Counted from the stretch's first letter, positions 1 through 9,500 are shown. The stretch: DNA of 64,000 bases from Nostoc sp. (GCA_036918135.1 JBALDB010000007.1:32001-96000), one strand, 5' to 3'. Notes: generated by a model from the letters alone, not told the origin. Program-made: numbers and translations.

Positions 1-120
1 AAGTTAAGTATTCAGATTACATAATCTTCAAACAACTATATAAAGATTTATTCATATTTTATAAAAAACCCTACTAAAGATAGATGCATTTTTTAATTTA
101 TAGTAACTGATATAAATATA

Positions 121-152
121 TTGTAGGGTAGCACCGATGTGTAGCCCTACAA
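121..152. repeat. REP-like palindromic hairpin (GTAGGG...CCCTAC family)
   Basis: TTGTAGGGTAGCAC-CGAT-GTGTAGCCCTACAA imperfect inverted repeat; related copy at 49614-49641. Confidence 0.6.
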
Positions 153-166
153 CGATGCGCTATAAG

Positions 167-1348
167 CTAGATTTCTGGGTCAGCTAAGCGGGTGGTGGGA
201 CGACTTTGATACAAGTCCTGAACAACTTGGAGAGCAGAAACTACGGCTACAAGACCGATGACGGTAACAGGTAACAAACCTTTGCCAAAAATGGCGATCG
301 CCAGCAGCACAACTGCACCCCCAAATCGATACTGGGAGCGGATTTGGCAATAACGAATCATCCCAAATCGATGGAGAATACTAACAGCTAACGAGCATAA
401 TGCTACTGAACCGCAGATCAGCCATCGGTGGGAATCCGATAAGGCTAGAGTTGGTTTGCTCAACAAGATTTGTTCTACTCCCACTCCGGCCGCAGCAAAG
501 CCAATCACTAGGGGTAAATGAGTGTAAAGCCAGAGGTAAACAATACCAGTTTTTCCATGCGTCCGCGCTATCTCAATCGGTTTACCGCCCAGATTATCGA
601 AATAGACCCACCACCAGCTAAAAGCAATAATTAAACCAAACACGGCGGAAATTACAGTTAAAGTATCCCATTTCTGCTCAGAAACACCGTTGACCACGGC
701 AATAATTGCTTCACCCAAGACAATAATAGTAAACAGTCCGAAACGTTCTGGTAAATGCGAAGCGTGAGGGAGTAGTCCGACTTGAAACTTGCGTGCTGTT
801 AAGGGTGTAGTAAAGTCAATAACGATTGCTAATGTCCAAAGTGCGAATCGCCAAGGAACGGGTATAAATGCCGAAATGAGCCAAAGGAAAGCAGCGATCG
901 CAAAACCAATTGCGTGGCGAGTCGTCAAAGCACGTGCTAAGGGGATGTGTATTCCAGCACGGACGTATTCGATTACCAACACAACCCGACCGAGAGCATA
1001 AGAAAGGGCAAAACCAGGAGAACTTTCGCTTAAACCGTGGTGTATATTCACAGCCATCGCTGCTGCTGTTAGCATTTGTACGCCAATTAACAGTCGATGT
1101 CCGACATCATCGCTATCAAAGCGGTTCGCGTAAAATGTAGTGCCAATCCACGACCACCAAACTGGTATAAATAATACTACAAAGCCAAATAATCCTGAAA
1201 GTGAGATATCCTCATTGAGATTATGAGCCAGTTGAGAAACTGCAACTACAAAAACCAAATCATAAAAAAGTTCTAGCCAAGTAGCGCGTCGTTCTTCTTC
1301 AGTACCTTCACCAGTGCGTAACCTTGGTGGTTGAATAAAATTTGCCAT
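167..1348 (-). CDS. ltrA: Low temperature requirement protein A (LtrA) family membrane protein
   Basis: RATWLELFYDLVFV and HLPERFGLFTIIVLGE motifs, many TM helices; ATG at 1348 preferred over the TTG start at 1363. Confidence 0.85.
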   Translation of the reverse strand: MANFIQPPRLRTGEGTEEERRATWLELFYDLVFVVAVSQLAHNLNEDISLSGLFGFVVLFIPVWWSWIGTTFYANRFDSDDVGHRLLIGVQMLTAAAMAVNIHHGLSESSPGFALSYALGRVVLVIEYVRAGIHIPLARALTTRHAIGFAIAAFLWLISAFIPVPWRFALWTLAIVIDFTTPLTARKFQVGLLPHASHLPERFGLFTIIVLGEAIIAVVNGVSEQKWDTLTVISAVFGLIIAFSWWWVYFDNLGGKPIEIARTHGKTGIVYLWLYTHLPLVIGFAAAGVGVEQILLSKPTLALSDSHRWLICGSVALCSLAVSILHRFGMIRYCQIRSQYRFGGAVVLLAIAIFGKGLLPVTVIGLVAVVSALQVVQDLYQSRPTTRLADPEI

Positions 1349-1514
1349 AGTGCTAATTGCCAATCGCTAATTGTTTTTTAGCATTAGCTGTAGGCAATTA
1401 GGGAATGGATAGATGATTTTGCATAAATTGCTAAAAATTTACCGATAGATAAAAGTACGAATTCTGAAAACTATTATCAGATTTAATTACAACAAATAAA
1501 GGAGAGTAATTATA

Positions 1515-2006
1515 ATGACAGTGAATATTAAAGCTTCATTAGTTCAGCCAGGTAAAAGTTCCACATATTTAGTTCTGGGTGATTTATACACTATTCTTGC
1601 TGAGGGAAAAGATACAAACGGGGAGTATGGATTAGTAGAGGCTCTGATGCAACCACAAAGCGCTGCACCACTCCATAATCACGACGATGCACACGAAGCA
1701 CATTATATTCTTGAGGGAGAGATTGAGTACCAGCTTGACGACCAGACTATCGTTGCAACTCCGGGAACCTTCCTAAATTTTCCTAAAGGTCAGTATCACA
1801 GTTATAAAAATATTGGGGCAAAGCCTGCCAAACTACTGATGTGGGTGACACCAGCAGGAGGGGAACTGTTTTTTGCAGAGGTAGGGCATCCTGTAAACTT
1901 ACCATTGAATGAAGAAGAACGCAGTCTTTTGGGCGTTGTGAATCCTGCCGACTTTGAAAAAGTCCTTGTCATTGCCTCGAAGTATATTAAATTCCCAACA
2001 AGTTGA
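1515..2006 (+). CDS. Cupin domain protein (quercetin dioxygenase-like)
   Basis: PLHNHDDAHEAHYILEGEI and PKGQYHSYKN cupin motifs; AGGAG RBS upstream. Confidence 0.8.
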   Translation: MTVNIKASLVQPGKSSTYLVLGDLYTILAEGKDTNGEYGLVEALMQPQSAAPLHNHDDAHEAHYILEGEIEYQLDDQTIVATPGTFLNFPKGQYHSYKNIGAKPAKLLMWVTPAGGELFFAEVGHPVNLPLNEEERSLLGVVNPADFEKVLVIASKYIKFPTS

Positions 2007-2066
2007 GGAAGAGAGAAATCAAGTTCTTAAGTCGGTTTGCGTGTAGGCAACGTCTTTAATATCAGA

Positions 2067-2330
2067 TACTCATTAATGGAGTTCAGAGGTGGATTAATCC
2101 AGTTCAAATACTCATTAATGGAGTTCAGAGACTCATTAATGGAGCTAAAAGACTCTTTAATGGAGTCCAGAGACTCATTAATGGAGTTCAAAGACTCTTT
2201 AATGAAGCTAAAAGACTCTTTAATGGAGTTCAAAGACTCTTTAATGGAGCTAAAAGGCTCTTTAATGGAGTTCAAAGACTCTTTAATGAAGCTAAAAGAC
2301 TCATTAATGGAGTTCAAAGACTCATTTTAA
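2067..2330. repeat. Tandem array of 12 complete 21-bp units plus a partial unit
   Basis: Consensus GACTCWTTAATGGAG(TTC/CTA)AAA repeated head-to-tail with no spacers. Confidence 0.95.
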
Positions 2331-2400
2331 TTAAATCAAGAATTTCCCTTCAGCCTAAAAATCTCTTTATTAATTAGGAACTTATAAGCTAACTACGCAA

Positions 2401-2581
2401 AATTAATTACAGTCATTGCGAGCGTACAGGGAAGCAAGCTACGCGCAGCGTCTTGTAGAGAAGCGAAGCAATCCCAGCCCTTGCAATTACTACCCTTAGG
2501 GAAGGCTACTCTTCGAGAACGCCTTCAGCGAACGCCTACATTTCGCTTCGCTGCATTCGCAATGACATTGTGTAATTAATT
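2401..2581. repeat. Composite inverted-repeat element with nested small dispersed repeats
   Basis: AATTAATTACA...TGTAATTAATT ends enclosing GTCATTGCGA...TCGCAATGAC; related core at 16543-16619. Confidence 0.6.
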
Positions 2582-2596
2582 ATGTTTACCTATTTA

Positions 2597-5500
2597 TCAC
2601 GTCCTTGGTCGCAACAATTGCACAAAGGTATCACTCACAGTATGGTCTTTGGTATCGGCGGCGTATTGAACTAATTTTTCCTTCAGTTCTTTAGCAGCAT
2701 CTAAAGGCAGTAAATTGACTAGCAAAAAGTAGACACCGCGAAAACGGGAATCGCCCATGTGGTCAATCAGCCGATTTTTAGCTTCATCTTTCTCGCCGAG
2801 AAAGTTCTGCACTAAAAAGAAATCCATAATTTTGTCGTGGCGGAAAAGCCATTCTCTCTTGGCTGCACCTTCTTCATTTTGCCACTGACGGCTGACGACC
2901 ATTTTATATTTCTCATCTTCTAAAGACTGTAATACCTGGTAAAATTCATCCGCAGGTAGCGCCTGCTCATCCTTTAGCCGCATTTGATAGACAGCATCGG
3001 AGAATTTTTTTAAGGGAAATTCCTGGTTCCACTCTTGCAGGTATTCGGCTGCCATCAAATTATATTGCTGTTGTTGCAGGTGAAACAAATCCGGGTATTC
3101 ACCTTGGGAGATCATTAACGCCACAACAGTTAAATCCATTGGGTTAGAGAGAACCCTTTGGTTAGGAGTTAACTCCTCTGGTGATTGCTGGTTGCTGAGG
3201 GCTGTTGCTAGATAGTTAGTGCAGGCTTGCTCGTAATTATTACCCTGAACTTTGGCATCTTTGGGCAGTCGTGGCTGACGGGAAATCAAAAATTGCTGAA
3301 TTTGGGCTTGCTCAAGGGGCTGTAATTTATATATCTTGGCTGTTGAGGGTGGTGTCCACTCTAGGGGCTGGGTAGTCATGATGATGTTACCCCGGAAGTA
3401 GCTTTCGACAAACTGGCAAATTTTTGCTCTGGTGTCGGCTGTGACTTCGTTGAGTCCGTCAATGCAGATATCTAACGCACCACTGTAAATTAAATTCTTG
3501 AGAAAATCAGCATCTTGTGCTTGCCCGTGCAGCTTGGCTTGAATTGCTTCAATTACCCCTTTGTCACACTTGCGGGCGGGTAAATAAACGACAATGCGCG
3601 GTGAGGTTTTCACCAGATGGCGGAGAAACATCGACTTACCCAAACCAGAATCACCTTCTAAGACTATTTGCCCTGCGATGCTGGGTAGCATCTGGGTAAT
3701 TGCTTGGGGTTCTTCTGCACTGGGAACTTTCACCTTAGATTCTGGAAAGTATGTTTGGGGGTTAAAATTATCTAACCCAGCATCGGCTAGTAAAGAAGGC
3801 TTGAAGGGTTCAAATAATTTGCGGCGGAAAAAGGGAATCCAGGCGAGGAGAAAGCCGACGTAGCCCACGCCTAAGATGCGTCTTACCCAAGGATTCCAGA
3901 AGAAGATGGCTTGAACTTGGGGAAATTTGGGATAAGCAAAGATGAGGGCAAGCCAAAAGGTAGCGTGAATCAAAATCATCATTCTGGCGTTAAAAAACCA
4001 CTGCCAACCCTTGAGGTTAACTATTACTGATTGCAGCGAATCAGCTTCGTTGTATCCGGTGTTTTTGAGGTTGTTATAGTGAGTTTCTAAAATCACAATA
4101 TCTTGCGATTGCCAAGAGACTTTTCTAGCAACTACAGCAATTTGCTTTGCTAAGTCTTGCTGTAATCGTGCCAAATCTCGACTCGGTTCCCAGGCTTGGG
4201 CAAAGATTTTGAGAGTTTTATCACCGCGATCGTGGCTTAATGAAGCAGGAACTGTTTTAGGTTTAGGAAAACCCAGCCATGTAAGCAGTGTTTTGACTTC
4301 ATCAGTGCCGCCACCCAGAAAATATGTAAAAAATCGCCACTGTGCAAATTCTGATTGACCTGCGTAATAGATGCTATCCAGAATTAGAGCAATATTATTC
4401 AGGTTGAGTAGTTCTATCTTTCCTAATGCCTCTGCTGCACTGGAACGAACACCTGAGTCAACAGTTTTATCCTTGAGGATGTCAGCGATGTCTTTGACGT
4501 AGGGTTTGGCTGCCTCCCCCAGATTTGCCAATGCCTCTGCTGCACTGGAACGAACAATTGAGTCAACGGAGTTATCCTTGAGGATGTCAGCGATGTCCTT
4601 GACGTAGGGTTTGGCTGCCTCCCCCAGATTTGCCAATGCCTCTGCTGCACTGGAACGAACATAAGAGTCAACGGATTTATCCTTGAGGATGTCAGCGATG
4701 TCTTTGACGTAGGGTTTGGCTGCCTCCCCCAGATTTGCCAATGCATAAGCTGCACCTCTACGAACATTAAAGTCAACAGTTTTATCCTTGAGGATGTCAG
4801 CGATGTCTTTGACGTAGGGTTTGGCTGCCTCCCCCAGATTTCCCAATGCCGATGCTGCATATAAACGAACACCTGAGTCAACAGTTTTATCCTTGAGGAT
4901 GTCAGCGATGTCTTTGACGTAGGGTTTGGCTGCCTCCCCCAGATTTCCCAATGCCGATGCTGCACTGGAACGAACAGAGTTGTCAACGGTTTTATCCTTG
5001 AGGATGTCGAGGATGTCTTTGACGTAGGGTTTGGCTGCCTCCCCCAGATTTGCCAATGCCGATGCTGCACTGGAACGAACAGAGTTGTCAACGGATTTAT
5101 CCTTGAGAATGTCAGCGATGTCTTTGACGTAGGGTTTGGTAGCCTCCCCCAGATTTCCCAATGCCGATGCTGCACTGGAACGAACAGAGTTGTCAACGGA
5201 TTTATCCTTGAGGATGTCAGCGATGTCTTTGACGTAGGGTTTGGTAGCCTCCCCCAGATTTCCCAATGCTGATGCTGCACCGGAACGAACATCTTTATCA
5301 ACGGTTTTATCCTTGAGGATGTCAGCGATGTCTTTGACGTAGGGTTTGGCTGCCTCCCCCAGATTTCCCAATGCGTCTGCTGCACCGGAACGAACATCAT
5401 TGTCAACAGTTTTATCCTTGAGGATATTGAAAACTTTCTGAGCAATATCCTCTGGTTTCTGAACCACCGATTTTAAATTTTTTAAATCATATTCATTGAA

Positions 5501-5701
5501 TTTTTCAAAAGCGAGTTTCTTTACTCCGTCATATCCATCATCAATGGCAGCAACGATACCGTTAATCTGCCACGCTTCTGGTTTGGGCTTAGGCTGTTCT
5601 TTTGCACTCACCCAAGGCAGGGCGAGGAGGAGAGTCAACAGCAGGGTAAAGGGAAAAAGGAAAAAGGGCGACGATCGCTTTTTAATTATGTGCAGATACA
5701 T
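2597..5701 (-). CDS. Signal-peptide/TM protein with HEAT (PBS-lyase-like) repeats and a C-terminal NACHT/STAND-type P-loop NTPase
   Basis: Hydrophobic N-terminus, ten 35-aa VRxxAAxALG repeats, two hydrophobic segments, Walker A GDSGLGKS, Walker B LDICIDGLNE. Confidence 0.8.
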   Translation of the reverse strand: MYLHIIKKRSSPFFLFPFTLLLTLLLALPWVSAKEQPKPKPEAWQINGIVAAIDDGYDGVKKLAFEKFNEYDLKNLKSVVQKPEDIAQKVFNILKDKTVDNDVRSGAADALGNLGEAAKPYVKDIADILKDKTVDKDVRSGAASALGNLGEATKPYVKDIADILKDKSVDNSVRSSAASALGNLGEATKPYVKDIADILKDKSVDNSVRSSAASALANLGEAAKPYVKDILDILKDKTVDNSVRSSAASALGNLGEAAKPYVKDIADILKDKTVDSGVRLYAASALGNLGEAAKPYVKDIADILKDKTVDFNVRRGAAYALANLGEAAKPYVKDIADILKDKSVDSYVRSSAAEALANLGEAAKPYVKDIADILKDNSVDSIVRSSAAEALANLGEAAKPYVKDIADILKDKTVDSGVRSSAAEALGKIELLNLNNIALILDSIYYAGQSEFAQWRFFTYFLGGGTDEVKTLLTWLGFPKPKTVPASLSHDRGDKTLKIFAQAWEPSRDLARLQQDLAKQIAVVARKVSWQSQDIVILETHYNNLKNTGYNEADSLQSVIVNLKGWQWFFNARMMILIHATFWLALIFAYPKFPQVQAIFFWNPWVRRILGVGYVGFLLAWIPFFRRKLFEPFKPSLLADAGLDNFNPQTYFPESKVKVPSAEEPQAITQMLPSIAGQIVLEGDSGLGKSMFLRHLVKTSPRIVVYLPARKCDKGVIEAIQAKLHGQAQDADFLKNLIYSGALDICIDGLNEVTADTRAKICQFVESYFRGNIIMTTQPLEWTPPSTAKIYKLQPLEQAQIQQFLISRQPRLPKDAKVQGNNYEQACTNYLATALSNQQSPEELTPNQRVLSNPMDLTVVALMISQGEYPDLFHLQQQQYNLMAAEYLQEWNQEFPLKKFSDAVYQMRLKDEQALPADEFYQVLQSLEDEKYKMVVSRQWQNEEGAAKREWLFRHDKIMDFFLVQNFLGEKDEAKNRLIDHMGDSRFRGVYFLLVNLLPLDAAKELKEKLVQYAADTKDHTVSDTFVQLLRPRT
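4420..5422 (-). repeat. 105-bp intragenic tandem repeats (9 full + 1 partial) encoding HEAT units
   Basis: TTATCCTTGAG recurs at exact 105-bp spacing (Leu codon at 5422 down to 4477). Confidence 0.95.
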
Positions 5702-5924
5702 TTGTATAATTCGTAATTTCTTTAGTAATAAAGGCTGTTTCTGCCCTTTCCTTGTAGGGAAAGAGAAGGGAGTTAGGTTTTTACTAATAAATCAGGAACC
5801 GCTACAGTTATCTTTTTATCGTCTGATAACTCAACCTAGCTAGAAATGGAATATTAATATAAATACTACAGGAATTTAAAAAGATACGCCCAGAGTGTAG
5901 TAGTGAGCTTCCTTGAGCGATGGT

Positions 5925-5953
5925 GCGTAGGCGTAGCCTGTCGTAAACATCGC
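5925..5953. repeat. 21-bp small dispersed repeat inserted into a HIP1 site (SDR5-like)
   Basis: GCG|TAGGCGTAGCCTGTCGTAAAC|ATCGC; removing the 21 nt restores GCGATCGC. Confidence 0.65.
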
Positions 5954-6012
5954 CTACTCAAACCACTGCACAAGATAATAACAATACCTCGTTCAATTGT
6001 TAGCAATTGTTA

Positions 6013-6864
6013 ATGTCCTTTGATAACCTCTGCAAACTCCTGTCCGAAAAACATCCTGCTACCTTTGCCAGTTGGGTATTAGGAACACCGCAAACTTCTG
6101 TCAAAGTCCTCAAAACCGAATTGAGCATTGAACCAATTCGCGCTGATTATGTCACATTCTTACAATTACAAGGACGCATTCTCCATCTGGAATTTCAAAC
6201 CAAACTAGAATCTACGCCACCCCTACCCTTGCGGATGCTAGATTATTGGGTACGCTTATATCGTTTGTATCGCCTACCAATAACGCAAGTTGTCGTATTA
6301 CTGCTTCCGCCCACACCAGAAACGGTAATTGAAACCGCTTTTAGAGTCGAAACTACTTATCATGAATATCGTGTGATTCGCTTATGGGAAGAAAATCCCG
6401 AACCATTTTTCAATGACCCAGCTTTATTACCATTAGCACCACTGGCGGCAACCACGCAACCTCAAGCTTTGTTGCAACAAGTTGTGAAACGAGTTAGTCA
6501 ACTTGAGCCAGGACAACGACCAGAAATTTCCGCTTACACCCAAATCTTAGCGGGGTTAAAATACAAACAGGACTTGATTAGACAACTGTTTCGGGAGAAT
6601 ATGATGCGCGAGTCAGTGATTTATCAAGAAATTCTTAGAGAAGGAGAACAACGAGGAGAACTACGAGGACGGGAAGAAGGACGAAAAGCAGAAGGGCAAT
6701 TGCTGATTCTCCGTTTGCTTACTCGACGTGTAGGAGAATTACCCCAAGAAGTGCTAGACCGGATTGAAACTCTCTCCTTAGAACAATTAGAAAATCTTGG
6801 CGAAGCTTTATTGGATTTTCAGGCTCAAGCAGATTTAGAAACCTGGTTTAATACATTAGAGTAG
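6013..6864 (+). CDS. Rpn family recombination-promoting nuclease/putative transposase with C-terminal DUF4351
   Basis: FDNLCKLL, IRADY, ILHLEFQT, LRMLDYW motifs; C-terminal LSLEQLENLGEALLDF. Confidence 0.85.
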   Translation: MSFDNLCKLLSEKHPATFASWVLGTPQTSVKVLKTELSIEPIRADYVTFLQLQGRILHLEFQTKLESTPPLPLRMLDYWVRLYRLYRLPITQVVVLLLPPTPETVIETAFRVETTYHEYRVIRLWEENPEPFFNDPALLPLAPLAATTQPQALLQQVVKRVSQLEPGQRPEISAYTQILAGLKYKQDLIRQLFRENMMRESVIYQEILREGEQRGELRGREEGRKAEGQLLILRLLTRRVGELPQEVLDRIETLSLEQLENLGEALLDFQAQADLETWFNTLE

Positions 6865-6915
6865 CTAAACCTATAGTACCAAACCAGGCAAAAGTCAAAG
6901 AATTTGCGATTGTTT

Positions 6916-9441
6916 TTACAACACAATAATTGCCCACATACTAACACCCACAGCGATCGCTGCTAAATGTTGCCAAAGAAGAGATCTTAATGATTGTTTG
7001 GCAATTTTCTGGGTTAATAATATCGTCAACAACACTGAGAATATTAAAGTTATACCTTGCAAAAAACTAATTACAGCAGGATGAGCAACTAACATTGGTA
7101 GTTGTTCGCCATTCAAACCAAGAGTAGCAAAACTCACAGGTAAAATCCGTCCGCCTTCACTCAAGCCCAAACGCAGATAATGAGCTAAGTTTCCTCCCAA
7201 AACTAATGGTAAATATCCATAGGCAAGCTCTACAAATGATTTTGGCTTCCGGTTAAAGTTGAACAGTTTCAGCAAACCATAAGCCCCGAAGATAAAAGCC
7301 ACTGGAACAATTAACACTACCAGTGATAATCCTAAGTGTTGCCAAAAGTTAGTTAAATCTAGTTGTAACCCTAGCCAAGATTGCAACTCTGGCAAACGAT
7401 GCAGATATACTCCACCTAACAACAAAAACAACAACGCCACTTCATAGGTGCGGGGTACATGGGTTGTCCATAATTCAACTCCAGGGGGACGTAAGTTGAA
7501 TTCTACAGAACGATGGGGACAGGCTTTGAGACAAGTCATGCACAAAACGCAATCTCTGTTGTCTTCTAACTGTGCTGGATGAGAATACAAAGGACATCCA
7601 TTAGTTTCCATCCCTTCACCTTTTTGGGGGCCTCCTTTATAACACTGATAAGTGGTACAACTGGCAGAACAAATGCCTTGTTGTGCCCGAAGTTCTGTCA
7701 TTGAAAGTTTGGCAAATAACCCATTCATCCCACCAATGGGGCAGAGATACCGACACCAATATCGCCGCTCAAAAATAGCAGAGAAAATCATCGCTCCAGC
7801 AGTAATTAATAATAGCAAACAAGCGCTGAGGTAAGCTGTATTTTCTAAATGCCAGAGTTCTTCCCATAAGAAAATTAAGGTAAACAGTCCAAAAAGAAAC
7901 CATCCGCCCCATTTTTCCCCTTGCTCTCTAGGCCAGCGTTTGAGCTTCCGCGGCCACAACCATAAAGATAATTTTTGGGTAATTTCTCCGTAAATCATGA
8001 AAGGACAAACAGAACACCAGATACGTCCTAAAAAGGGAAAGAGAAATAAGAAGAAAGGCCACCACCAAGCCCAAAATAGATTTAAAACGAAATTGCGATC
8101 GCGAGTTTGCGGCCCAATAAATAATACTGCAACAATAATTGCAAAAGCAGTTGCAGTAAAACCATAATTAATCCGATCTGGCCACCATGAACTCCGCAAA
8201 AATTTGCGTAAACCAGGATAAGCATTTAAAAGATTGACTCGAAATCGCTTTTTCTTTGTTTCTGCTGGCCAAAAGATTTCTTCTGTTAATTCATTAGCAT
8301 TTTCAGCTTGGACGATCGCTCTTTCTACGAGATTTTTTAATTCTTTAAGGTTACCAGGAAAATCATAGGACTGTAAGCGACGCAAAGCTTCTGGGGTGAT
8401 GTGCGGTTTAGAAATACCTCTAGCGCGAGCGTAGAGACTGATATAGTATTCCACCTGGGCTTTAATATCAGCTTTTCGCACTCGTAGCGGCGGTACTTTA
8501 ATAACATGACCAACAGAGCGCTCAATTGTTGGCTGAGTTTTTTCAGAAACAATGAGAATGCGTGCTTTACTAGGGCGAGGTTCGGCTTCTGCTTCTCCCG
8601 GACGAGCGACTGGGGCATATGTGCCAGTTTTGACCAACTGTGTCACAGCAGGTAATAACTCTTGGGGTAATTCTTGAATGTTGTTGAAAACTAAGGTACC
8701 TTCTCCGAGCCATTCTAACAGTCCTGGTTTACCGCCAACGCGACCAAATAAATCTGCACCACTCGTTTGCAGAATACCACAATTAACTTTAATAATTGGT
8801 TCTCGCCTTTTGGGAGAACCAAAGTGAATTAAGGCTGCTATATTGTCTTTTTCTAATCCCGGTTCGCCAAAAATATCCACTGACTTACGGTCATTAGCAG
8901 CTTCTCGAATTTGCTCCCGCAGACGCACAGCATAGCGACTTGTACCGACAATTCCCCGTTGCGCTTTGGTGACTAAATACGGACGCAAAGCGACGGAACG
9001 TTCTTGTTCGTAGCCAAGTGCAGATGTCAACTCAGCTAATTCTTGAGCCAATTGACGGGAAAAAGCCTGAGCAATTTCCGGGTATTGGCTAACTAATTCT
9101 CGAAATTTTTCAGCAGGTACAACCCATAAGTGACATTCTGTGAGGGTAACAATTGTGAATGTGGCTAACTCATCTAAGAGTAACTCTTGGAGGTGAATGA
9201 CTTCTCCGGGAAGGAATCCACGAACTAAAGCTGAGTTCTGATGATCGGTGCTATCACATTCAAGTTGACCATCTCTAAGAATGTAAAGTGCTTCTGGGCG
9301 CGTTCCTTCGTTAACCAGGTTTACTTGTGGTGGTACAACTTGTTCTTCAATGACTTGGGCGATCGCATCCAACACCTCAGGTGAGAGAATTCCTAAAGTT
9401 GTGCGCTCTTGTAGCCATGTAACCGTTTCTGGAGATGTCAT
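6916..9441 (-). CDS. cNMP-binding / sigma54-interaction-like AAA / membrane 4Fe-4S fusion protein
   Basis: N-terminal CAP-like domain, AAA segment (IIKVNC, VPPLRVRKADI, YDFPGNLKEL), CxxxCP motifs (WCSVCP, WCRYLCP) and CVLCMTCLKACP. Confidence 0.8.
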   Translation of the reverse strand: MTSPETVTWLQERTTLGILSPEVLDAIAQVIEEQVVPPQVNLVNEGTRPEALYILRDGQLECDSTDHQNSALVRGFLPGEVIHLQELLLDELATFTIVTLTECHLWVVPAEKFRELVSQYPEIAQAFSRQLAQELAELTSALGYEQERSVALRPYLVTKAQRGIVGTSRYAVRLREQIREAANDRKSVDIFGEPGLEKDNIAALIHFGSPKRREPIIKVNCGILQTSGADLFGRVGGKPGLLEWLGEGTLVFNNIQELPQELLPAVTQLVKTGTYAPVARPGEAEAEPRPSKARILIVSEKTQPTIERSVGHVIKVPPLRVRKADIKAQVEYYISLYARARGISKPHITPEALRRLQSYDFPGNLKELKNLVERAIVQAENANELTEEIFWPAETKKKRFRVNLLNAYPGLRKFLRSSWWPDRINYGFTATAFAIIVAVLFIGPQTRDRNFVLNLFWAWWWPFFLFLFPFLGRIWCSVCPFMIYGEITQKLSLWLWPRKLKRWPREQGEKWGGWFLFGLFTLIFLWEELWHLENTAYLSACLLLLITAGAMIFSAIFERRYWCRYLCPIGGMNGLFAKLSMTELRAQQGICSASCTTYQCYKGGPQKGEGMETNGCPLYSHPAQLEDNRDCVLCMTCLKACPHRSVEFNLRPPGVELWTTHVPRTYEVALLFLLLGGVYLHRLPELQSWLGLQLDLTNFWQHLGLSLVVLIVPVAFIFGAYGLLKLFNFNRKPKSFVELAYGYLPLVLGGNLAHYLRLGLSEGGRILPVSFATLGLNGEQLPMLVAHPAVISFLQGITLIFSVLLTILLTQKIAKQSLRSLLWQHLAAIAVGVSMWAIIVL

Positions 9442-9500
9442 ACTCGGTTCTCCGTGCAGGTTGCCGTATCAAAGGAATTATCCCTTGAAAGTTGGTCAAC

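Noticed and set aside
2067..2330. CRISPR array
   Set aside because: Units are contiguous with no unique spacers, and no cas genes are in the window.
2027..2330. The two heptad ORFs (2027-2317 minus, 2037-2330 plus) as confident genes
   Set aside because: Open frames are expected from a stop-free 21-nt unit; no clear RBS or other support.
4420..5422. Diversity-generating retroelement acting on the HEAT repeats
   Set aside because: Changes are not adenine-specific, and no template repeat or intact reverse transcriptase is present.
4423..5445. 340-aa alternative-frame ORF inside the HEAT gene
   Set aside because: By-product of the 105-bp repeats lacking stops in a second frame.
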